DNA from: the human T2T-CHM13v2.0 reference genome, Homo sapiens
DNA: 64,000 nucleotides
Strand: one strand, 5' to 3'
Assembly (NCBI RefSeq): GCF_009914755.1
Contig: NC_060926.1
A program made the position numbers and the translations under genes. Numbering within the stretch: position 1 is the stretch's first letter; each line of letters begins with the position of its first letter. The notes beneath the pieces were generated by a model. It saw only the letters and a program-made list of their open reading frames with translations. It did not search any database and was not told the DNA's origin. This document shows, one piece after another, positions 52,354 through 64,000 of this stretch.

Positions 52354-53956
52354 CTTTAGATGAGGGATTGCCAAAGGTAAAATCTATTACCAGATTGTAG
52401 CATTCAAACATGAAATTCTATTTTTCACTTTATCTAAAGCATACTTGCTAGGAATTGCTAAAACATTTCTCAGTTTATTTTCCTATTTCTGACTTTCTCT
52501 TTATTGAATATATGCCATTTTTGTTCACAAGCAAATTTGTAGTGGCACATCCACTTCTGTCTTTAAACAAAATGAAAATAATTTTACCTTTTTTGTGGGG
52601 TTGCACAAAACTGAAATATTTAGCTGAGTCCTTGGCTCAACCATTTTTCTAGGCATTCATCAAAACGTTCAACTTCACACTCCAGTTCCAAAATGGTGGC
52701 ATAGAAGCAAGATGGCTTCACTTCTCCCTCCTTGCACCAGAAAACCAAAAACAAATATACAGCACCAAAACTATTACCAGAAGTGATCTGGAACCCAAAT
52801 ATGAGAAAGAGACAGTTTCCAGGGCCACAGAAATAAAAATAATTAAAATAAAAAATAAACCTAGAACAGAGAGTAAAAGAACTGGACCTCTGCAACACCC
52901 CTCCCACAAATATACCCTGCACCAAGCACAGGAAAAATTTTTCTTCTACTCACGATTTCCAGACTGGCAAAACATGAGGTCAAGGACTACTAGCTTCGCT
53001 ACCACCTCAGGTTCCCTGACAAGAGACCTGCCTCTGCCTCAACCCACAAGAAGCACTGGTAGTGCCGAAGTTACAAAAATTCCCGAGGACGGCCAGATAC
53101 AAGTTGGGGAGGCAGAACTGGCATCCCCAGCTCTGGAAACTCTGTTCTATAACTTGGCCAGAGAAGACACCAAGTCAGAGCGTCTTTTTAGCAGCATCAC
53201 ACTGTAAGAGGCATGTTCCACAGGTCCTCTGGACACAAGCCCTTAGCTCACCTTCCCACACTGCCAGATATCCTCCTTGAGGCCTCTGCCATTTCGGATG
53301 AGCAGACCATTAATCCTTTACTAAAGTTGAGGCCAACCTGGGCTTAATATACCATCTAGTAATGAAAAGGAGGCAGTGACCTAGTAGAAAAAAATAAAAT
53401 CAAAAACCACAAAGAATCTCTAAGCAAATATATCCCATAGAAAACAAAACAAGCCAGATAGATAAGACTGGGATAAATAACTAATTATTCAATGCAAACA
53501 TATGACTGCACACACAAAAAAAGGGAACCATGACCCAAATGGACAAGGCAAGGAAACAGTAACTGACCCTAATGAGATAGCAATATGTGAGCTCTCTGAC
53601 AAAGAATTAAAAATAGCACTTCTGAGAAAACTCAGTGATCTTTAAGATAACAGAAAAAAAGCAATTCATAAATTTATCAGGTAAATTTAACTAAGACATT
53701 GAAATAACTTAAAAAATCAAACAGAAACTATGAAACTGAGAAATATACACTTGCTGAACTGAAGAATTTACTAAAGGCTCCTAAAAGCAGAACAGATCAA
53801 GTAGAAGAAAAAAAATCATTGCACTCTAAAATGGACTATTTGAAATTACACAGTCAGAGGAGATAAAAATAGGAAAAAATGAAAAGTAATAAAAATAATC
53901 TACAAGATATAGAAAGTTGCCTCAAAGTGATCAAACCTAAGAATTACAGGTGTTCA

Positions 53957-54230
<274 letters not shown>

Positions 54231-55790
54231 TCAAAAAGTAGTTGAACAAGAGCAAGGAGTAGAAAGCTTATTCAAAGAATAAGTGACAGAAAAATTTCCA
54301 AAATTTGAAAAAGATATAAATATTCAGGTACAGGAAGGGCAGAGCAATACCTAACAGATTTGACTCAAATAAGACTATCCCAAGGCATATAATTATTAAG
54401 CAGTAAAAGGTCAAAGACAAAGATAAAATTTGAAAAGCAGCAAGAGATAAAAAGCAAATACCATGTAAAAGAGCTCTAACTCATTTGGCAACAGACTTCT
54501 TAAAGGAAACCACATAAGCCAGGAGAAAATAAGAGGACATTTTCAAAGAGCAAAAAGACAAATATCTGCCATTCAAGAATACTGTATCCAGCAAAGCTAT
54601 CCTTCAAACACGAAGGAGAGATAAAGTATTTACCAAACCAAAAAGAAAAGAAAAACAAAATGCTGAGAGAATTTACCACCATCAGATTCATCTTACAAAA
54701 ATAGCTAACGGAATTCTTCAATCTGAAAGAACAAAACACTAATGTACAAAAAGCAAATGTTTGAAAATATAAAACCTACTGGTAAAATTAAGTACACAGA
54801 AAACCCCAGCATACTCTAATACTGCAGCTGTGTTGTACAATCTACTTATAACACTAGTATGAAGCTTAAAAGACCAATCTATGAAAAACAATAATAGCTA
54901 CAGCAATATGTTAAGAGATAGGCAATATAAAAATGTGTAAATTGAGACAACAAAAAGCCAAAATGTGGGGGATGGAGTTAAGGCATACAGTATTTTTAAT
55001 ATTTTCTTCGTATCTATTCTTTTTTGATGACCTAAGATAAGTTGTCATCTCCTTAAAATAATTTGTAATATCTATAAGATGAATCTTGTAAGACTCATGT
55101 TAACCACAATGAAGAAACCTATAGCAGATACACTAAAAGTAAAAAGCAACAAATTAAAAATACTATCAGGAAAAATCATTTAACGTCAAAGGGAGGCAGT
55201 AAGAAAAAGAATACAAGAATACAGGAGTTACCAAAATATGGTAATAGTAAGTCTTTACTTATCAATAATAACACTGAATGTAAATAGGCTCAATTCTCTA
55301 AATAAAAGGAACAGAGTCTCTGAATAGATGAAGAAACAAGACCCAAATACAGGCTGCTTGTAAGAAACCTGCTTCACCTATAAAGACACAATAGGCTGGA
55401 CCGGAGGAGTGGGGAAAGATATTCCATACAAGTGGAAACAAAAAAAGAAGAGCAGGAGTAACTATACTTATATGAGATAAAATAGACTAAAAATCAAAGA
55501 CTATAAAAAGTGACAAAGAAGATCATTATATAATAAGAATGTGGTCAACTCAGCAAGAGGATATTATAATTACAAGCGTCTATGCATCCAACACTGAAAC
55601 TCTCAAGTACATAAAGCAAACATTAATAGATCTAAAGGGAGAGATAGACTGCAATACGATAATAGTAAGGGACTTCAACTATCTACTGTCAGTAATGGAC
55701 AGATTATCCAGACAGAAAATCAGCAAAGAAATATTGGAGTTAAGTTTTACAGTAGACCAAATCAAACTAACAATTACAGAACATTTCACT

Positions 55791-56208
55791 TGATACAGTT
55801 CAGATATTTTTCCCCTGCAAAGCTCATGTTGAAATTTGATCCACAATATTGGAGGTGCAACCTAGTGGGAAGTGTTTTGGTCATGGGGGCAGATCCCTCA
55901 TAAATGTCTTGGTGCCATTCTCACAGTAATGAGTGAGTTCTTGCTCAATGACTTCCCACAAGAACCAAGCCTTAAAAAGATCCTGGCACCTCCCTCATCC
56001 TCTCTCTCTTGCTCCTTCTCATCATAGGAAGTCTGTTCTCCTTTGCCTTCTGCCATTAGTGGAAGTCCCCTGAAGCCCTCACCAGATGTAGATGCTGACA
56101 CCATTCTTTTTATACAGTATGCAAGACAGTGAGGAAGATAAGCTTATTTTCTTTATAAATTATCCAGCCTCAGATATTCCTTTATAGTAACACAGATAGA
56201 CTAAGACA
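55791..56208 (+). mobile_element. MSTB-like MaLR LTR in L1 ORF2
   Basis: 'tgatacagtt...ctcatgttgaaatttgatcc...gactaagaca'; 5-bp TSD TCACT/TCACC. Confidence 0.88.
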
Positions 56209-57989
56209 TCACCCAACTACTACAGAATAAACATTCTATCATCAGCGCATGAAACATCCCCTAGAATATATCATATCTTGGGTCACAAAACAAGTCTCAA
56301 CAAATTCAAAAAGGAAGAAATAATATTTGACTAAAATAGAAATCAGTAACAAGAGAAACCTCAGAAACTACACAAACACTTGGGAATTAATCAACATTCT
56401 CCTGAATGACAAATATATTAACAAAGAAATTAAGAAAAAAAATTAAAATAATTTTAAAAACAAATGAAAATGGAAATACAACACACCATAATCAATAGGA
56501 TACAGCAAAAGCATTATTATGAAGAAAGTTTACAGCAATAAAGACCTACATCAGAAACTAAAAAGACTTCAAGTAAAAAACCTAACATTCCATCTCGAGG
56601 AATTAAAAAAGCAAGAATAAAACCACAAATTTTTAGAAAAAAATAATAAAAATCAGAGCATAAATAAATAAAATTGAGACTAAGAACAATACAGATAATC
56701 AAAAGAAGGTTGGTTTTTGAAAAGGTAAACAAAATTCACAAAAGTTTAGCTAGATTTAAAAAAAGAGAGAAGACCCAAATAAGTCAAATCAGAAATTAAA
56801 CAGGAGAGACATCAACTGAAAGCAGAGAAATACGAAGAATCATTAAGACTATTATGAGTAAGTACATCAAAAAACTGGAAAGCCTGGAAGAAAATAATAA
56901 ATTTCCACACACATGCAAACTATCAAGATTGAACCATGAAGAAATAGAAAATGTGACCAAACCAATAATGAGAAATGAGATCTAAGGCCATACTAAAAGA
57001 TCTTCCATTTAAAGAAAAGCCCAGGACCTGATGACTTCACTGCTGAATTCGGCCAAACATTTAAAGAGGAACTAATACCAATTCTACTCAAACCCTCCAA
57101 AAATTGAAGCAATAGTAAAACTTTCAAGCTCATTCTATGAGGCTAACATTGTTCTGATACCAAAACCAGAAAAAGACACAACAAAAAACTGTAGGTCAAT
57201 ATCACTGGTGAACATAGATGCAAAAATTCTCAACAGAATACTAGCAAACTAAATTCAACATCACATTAAATAGATTATTTAATACGATCCAGTGGGATTC
57301 ATTCTAGGGATGCAAGAATGTTTTAACATATTTAAATTCATAAATATGACACATTACATTAACAGATCCAAGAAAAATATCTTATGATCAGTTCAATAGA
57401 TGCTGAAAAAGTATTCAATAGCATTTAACATCCCTTTATGATAAGAACCCTCAACAAACTGGGTATAAAACAAACATATTTCAAAATAATGAAAGGCATA
57501 TGTGACCAACCAGCAGATAACATTGTACTGAATTAGGAAAAGTAGAAAGCCTTTCTTTTCTAAAATCTGGAAAACAACAAGAATCTCCACTTTCACCATT
57601 TTTATTTAATATAATACTGGAAGTCATGGCCATAACAGGCAACAGAAATAAATAAAGGGCATCTAAATAAGTAAAGGGCATCCAAATAGATAAAGTAGTC
57701 AAATTAGACTTGTTCACAGAAAACATGATCTTGTACTTAGAAAAATCTATAGACTCCACCAAAAGAATACTAGAACTGATAAATTCAGTAATGTTGAAGA
57801 ATACAAACTCAACATACAAAACTCAGTAGTATTTACAATCACTACCAACAAATAATATGGAAAAGAAACAGAGGAATCCCATTTACAATAGCTATAAAGA
57901 ATACAAAATAAAGAAGAATCAATTTAGCCAAAGTCGTGGATGACCTATTTAAGGAAAACTATAAAGTAATGATGAAATAAATGAAAGAG

Positions 57990-58462
<473 letters not shown>

Positions 58463-61400
58463 TTAACATTGTTAAAATAACAATATGGATTCAATGCAAT
58501 CTCTATCAAAACATCAATGACATTCCTCACAGAAATAGAGGAAACAACACTAAAATTTATATGGAACCACAGAAGACCCTAAATGGCCAAAGCAATCCTG
58601 AGCAAAAGGAACAAAACTGGAGGCAGCCCACCAGCTGACATCAAGACATATTACAAATCTATAATAACCAAATCAGCACGGTACTAGTATAAAAACAGAC
58701 ATATAGACCATTGAAACAAAATAGCAAACTCAGATATAAATCCACATATTTACAACCAACTCCTTTTTGACAAAGGGGTCAAGACTGCACTGAAGTGAAA
58801 GGACAGTCTCTTCAATTAATCATGCTGAGAACCTGGAGAACCATAGGCAGAAGAATTAAAATAGATCCAAATCTCTCATTATGTACAAAAATAAAATCCG
58901 AATGGATTAAAGACTTAAATTTAAGACTTGAAACAATAAAACTCCTAGGAGAAAACATTGGAGAAACACTGCAGGATATTGGTCTGGGCATAGATATATT
59001 ATGTGTAAGACCTCAAAAGCACAGGCAACCAAAACAAAATTAGACAAATATCATTACATCAATCTAAAAAGCTTCTGCACAGAATAGAAAACAACAAAGT
59101 GGAGAGAAAAACTCACAGAATGGGAGCAAATATTTGTAAACTACCTTTCTGACAAGGGTTTAATAACCACAGTACATAAGAGCTCAAGCAACTCAGTAGA
59201 AAAAAAAATCCAATTAGAAAATAGGCAAAGACCTGAATAGACATTTCTCAAAGGAAGACATACAAATGATCAACAGGCATGTGGAAAAATGATCAATATC
59301 ACTAATCATCAGAAAAATGCAAACGAAAACCACAATGAGGTATTATATCACCTTAGTTGAGAGGTATTTTATCAAAGAGAGGTATCGAACAGATGCTGGC
59401 AAGGATCAGAGGAAGGGGAACCCTCACATACTGTTGGTGGAAATGTTGGTACAGTCATTATGGAAAATAGTATGGAGGTTCCTTAAAAAAACTAAAAGAA
59501 ATACTACTATTATATGATACAGCAATTGCACTACTGGGTATATATCTGAAAGAAAGGAAATCCATATGTCAAAGAGATATCTACACTTTCACATTTATTG
59601 CAGCAATCTTCACAATAGCCAAAATATAGACTCAACTTAAGTGCTCATCGATGAACAAATAAAGAAAATGTGGTATACATGCACAATGGTACATTATTCA
59701 GCCATAAAAAGTAATACAATTCTGATATTTGCAGCAACATGATGGCCTGGAGATCACTACATTAAGTGAAATAAGCTAAGCACAGAAATACAGATATTTC
59801 TTGTTCTCACTCATATATGGAAGCTAAAAAAATAAGTGGATCTCATGAAGATAAAGAGTAGATTGGTGGCTGGCAGAGGCTGAGAAGTGTGGAAGAAGGA
59901 GGATTGAAGAGAAGTTGATTAATGCCTACAATATACAGTTTGATAGAAGCAGTAAAACCTATGTTTGATAGACCAGCAGGGAGAATCAGTCTATTATATA
60001 TTTCAAAATAGCTGGAAGAGAATAATTAAAATATCCTAGCATAAAGAATATAAATATTTAGCATGATGGTTATCCCAATTACCCTACCTTGATCCATACA
60101 TTTTATATTAGTGTATCAAATTATCATGTGTACCCTGAAAATACACATATTATGAATCAATAAAAAATAATACTTAAACATGAATAAAACATTGTTGAAA
60201 AATCTTTTAAAAGCAATGTGAATTCAGGGTTATGTTAATTGATTATTCGCCTGTTCTCAAAATTGTTGATGGTGGCAATAAATCTTTGTTTGAAATTTCT
60301 GTTTTTATTATCCTACTCTAGCTCTCTCTGTCTTTCTACTCACTGCCATCTTTCAGAGCCATCAATAGTTGTGTTAAGTGCACAAATACTTCAACAAATT
60401 CTGAGTATGTCTAGTGTGGACTAAATTTCTTTTCTTCAAATGGCACTTCTCACATAGGGCCTTTATAAATAAAGTTATCTTTTTGCTTTTAGGCCAACAG
60501 ATTATCAGCACAATGAAAGTCATTCATGTGTATGGAATATAATTTTTTATTTCCCAAGTATCTATTTCTTATTGTACTCCTACACCACTTGAACCCCAGA
60601 CCAAAGAGGAGCCCGAAGCACTGCTTAAAATAGTTAAATTAATGCTTCATTCTATAAAGAACAAGATAAAAATAAGTGATATTTACAATTATGAAGTAAT
60701 ATGCAGTGCAGTAGAGTGATTTGTGATATATCTGTGCCCACAAAAATGCTGGACTTCAGATACTTTTATTATATTACAATGGCTTTTTTTCATGTCTCTG
60801 CAGTCTTGAGCTATGTGTCTTAATGGTATTCACTAGCTTCTACATCTTTGTTTTGCACAATCCTTTCTCTGGACTTCTCAAATAGTACTTCACTTGGTAG
60901 AAGGAGCTTTCATGTTATTAAAGAACTTACTGTAAGATGATTAAATTACTTTCCTAGCTTCAGCATGCTGAGATTTTTATATTTGGCTATTTTAGGTTCA
61001 CAATTCTTTTTTATTCAATCAATATTTATTGATGTATCCATTCCCTCAATATTTTTAAACAGCTATTATGATGTAACTATTGCTTTGGAATGTACTTGAC
61101 CTCGTGGAGCTTATGCTTAAGTGAGGGGTTCATATTATAACATAGTATTTTACTAATAGGTACTAAATATTCATTGAATAGACATGAAATTATCTTTTGA
61201 CATTATAAGAGTAGAAATACAGTTTGGGTGTAAATACATCTGCTTTCTTCATGTTTAGGTATCCAGAAATAATGTTTAATGTAAACACATTATTCTAAAT
61301 GTTATAGGATGATGACATGGGTAGGGGCCCTTGAACAAAATAAAGAAGAATGTTTTTTGTTTCAATTAGATCCCAATTGTTTTCTCAGTCTACTTGTAGT

Positions 61401-61779
61401 CTATTAAAGTTTTTCTTCCCCTAATTGCTCTACTTGTGAATAATAAGGCTACTGTAGTGAGTTTAAAAAATGCTAAAAATTAATGCCTTAGCTCTCCCAT
61501 TAAGATTGATACTTAGCCTTTACAACCTCACTTACTGAAAGTTAAATCTTTATCAAGATGAATCATGCTTTTGACATTTATGTTTTCAGAAATGTTAGCA
61601 GAAAATTGATATAATACTGATAATAATTATGACATTAAATCATATTTATATGCTTTGTTCATCCTAAATCTTTAAACATTTTATAAAATCAGAAACTTTT
61701 TTCATTAAACTGGATAAAGATAGTACATTTTCAAATTAAATAATGCAAAGTATTACCAAAAGAACACTTGTAAATTTCT

Positions 61780-62020
61780 GGAGGTAATGAGTTTAGAAGG
61801 AAACGTTTTTCATATTCTATCACAATTAACCTTCACAGAGTTAAGTACAATGAGACTCTGCCCTCATGGAGTTTGCTCAGAAACTCTAGGAGGCAGGGAT
61901 TAATGGCATTTCTTTGGCGATAAGGGAATTGAGAGACAGAGATTTTATCTTTCCCAATATTATACAGTTAACAACAGAGTTTGGATTCAAACTCAGTCTT
62001 CAGCCTTTTTCATTAAAACA
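61780..62020 (-). mobile_element. MIR fragment
   Basis: 'taagggaattgagagacagaga...ggattcaaactcagtct'. Confidence 0.5.
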
Positions 62021-62206
62021 ATTATTTAGTAATCTTCAAAATACCATGCTACTCCAAACTCTCTCAGTCACAGAAGAGTTTAAACATTTGCTGTATAATT
62101 TTAAATAGGCAAAATAAGCCTCTCGTTGTCCCCATTTCCTATGATCCATTTTCCTGACTTATCTGTAAATTTCCTCTAATAACTAGAGACAAAGCCAGTA
62201 CATTGG

Positions 62207-63758
62207 TGATGGCAGTGGCTGACTGTCTGGAGCGCGGCTGCGAAAATGCGGGCTGCAGCAGGGGAGGTGTGGCTGGGGCTGAGCCCTCCTGGGAGCCGGT
62301 GGGAGCTGGGAACAGGAGGAAGCCCCGCCACCTTCCAAGTTGGAGTGGTGGGAGCCCCGCTCTCCTGGGCACAGCTGCAGCCACCCAGCCATGGCTGCAG
62401 ACCCAGGTATCTTTGCACTATCGGGGGCGGGAACCCCCCAACGCCCACAGGCTTGAAAGTGCCTGGTCCTGCTGGTTGGCCTCTCCCCACTCCCAGTGCC
62501 CACACCAATTTTGGAGCAAAGTTGTGGCCAAGCCCAGGGTGCTTTCACAACCCAACCAGATGTGGAGGTGCTTGGGGCAGCACCGACACGCCAGCCCCCT
62601 GTTGCCTCGGCCTCCTTTAGACATTGGGTGCTGATGAGCACAGGAGGGAGGCCAAGAGGGGGCTAAGGGCAGCTTAGCTTGTGTCTGCAGGTGCCTCTTG
62701 GCATGAACAGCCTGAGCGCCATGGGCACAGTGGACAGCAGGTAATGGCAGCAGGAGGCAGACACGGTCCCTGGTGGAAAAGGGCAGGTCCACGGTGAAAC
62801 CCCACCTTCAGGCCAGGAACTGCCTTAAGCCTGGGGGCTGGGAGTGAGAACTTACTGTGCTTTTTCCAGGGCCACCCATGGCCACCCATGGCCCAATCAG
62901 CATGCCCTTCCTCCCCTCTGAACCCCCATAAAAACCCGGACTCAGCCAGACTCAGGCAGATGATGGGACGACCTGCCTGCGGAGAGGAGCTACCCACTGT
63001 GGGTCTTCTCTCTTCTGAGAGCTACACACTCGTCCGGACAACTTGCCTGCGGAGAGGAGCTACCCGCTGCCGATCTCTCTGAGCTGTCCTGCAGCTCAAT
63101 AAAGCATCTCTTCACCTTGATCACCGTCCAGCTGTCTGTGTACCTCATTCTTTCTGGATGCAGAACAAGAATTCAGGATCCCCTTAATTGGGGGGCTGAA
63201 AGAGCTGTAGCACAAACAAGGCTGAAATATGGCCCTTACTTGCCTCCTTGCAGGAGATGAGAGGAAGAGAAAAGAGAAAGGGAGAAGAGCTGTGGCCCTT
63301 CAGAAGCCCAGACCTAGGAGTTCCCTGATCCAGGACTGTGACACCCTCTTTGGGGCTCTGTGGTTCCTGGCATCTCTAAGCTTCCAGGCACCACTGCATT
63401 CCCTGGTGCCAGCTGTGGAAGCTGCTTGTGGTATGCCTGGTCCACCCACAGCCTTGCAGGGAGCCAGAGCCCATGCCGGCTCCTGGATCTGCCAGCCCCG
63501 CTGTAGCCAGCATGCCTGGCTCTATGCCAAGGCCGGCCACCATGCTTGCTCACTCATGCACCCCTCACTGCTTTGCTCTTGGTTCGCCCTTGGCAGACGT
63601 GGGATCTGGGCCAGTAGCATGAACCATGCACAGCCTGCCAGTCCTAGTGGGCAGAATGAACCCAGTAGGTGTGATCAAAACTCAAGCAGGGATGCCAGGA
63701 TGCCAATGGCCACAGAGGTTTCCGGCTGGTGAAATGACACCCCAAGGATCCTGTGACA
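62207..63758 (+). mobile_element. MER52 (MER52A/C-like) ERV1 solo LTR, full length
   Basis: TGATGGCAG...GGATCCTGTGACA; exact 4-bp TSD TTGG at 62203-62206 and 63759-63762; CCAAT ~62893, CATAAAA ~62927, AATAAA ~63098; GC-rich. Confidence 0.92.
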
Positions 63759-64000
63759 TTGGCACTCATGTTGCTGCCTTTATCACATTTATATACAGTA
63801 TGTGGATTTCAAAAACTTTCTCAAAAATTGTGTGGAAATGTAATTATAAAATTGCACAATTGTATAATATAATTATAAAATGTTTTCTACATGTGTTTTC
63901 CTGCATTAAGTATTCTACAAGATTGAAGCAATCATCAGTATTGAATGAATTAGTTATATTGGTAAAAGTTTTATTTAGTTTCTGAATGCTGACACTTAGA

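Noticed and set aside
57652-57690. Small tandem duplications in L1 (19 bp here; 13 bp at ~37123-37148)
   Set aside because: Ordinary slippage events with no further structure
62139-63985. Cluster of 100-167 aa overlapping ORFs on both strands
   Set aside because: They lie in the GC-rich MER52 LTR where stop codons are rare; no recognisable domain

Overview
AT-rich, CpG-poor primate (almost certainly human) genomic DNA with no credible protein-coding gene. I recognise from memory the 3'-terminal exon of the prostate lncRNA PCGEM1 (+ strand, ~9994-11315; human 2q32), so bases 1-9993 are probably its last intron. That intron contains a decayed RPS17 processed pseudogene. The remaining ~52 kb is gene desert, mostly retroelement-derived: Alus, MIR/L2, MaLR and ERV LTRs (LTR12, MER52, MER21, a MER4-group LTR), several old L1s and a near full-length L1MA5-like element. 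Repeat subfamily names are by eye and need RepeatMasker/Dfam confirmation. I did not find a new multi-gene system. The most interesting signals are: a ~130-bp diverged inverted duplication abutting a twin-primed L1 fragment; an antisense LTR12 promoter aimed at the PCGEM1 3' exon; an NRF1/YY1 site in a solo LTR next to a 28-bp perfect palindrome; a templated-insertion repair scar; and candidate micro-exons.
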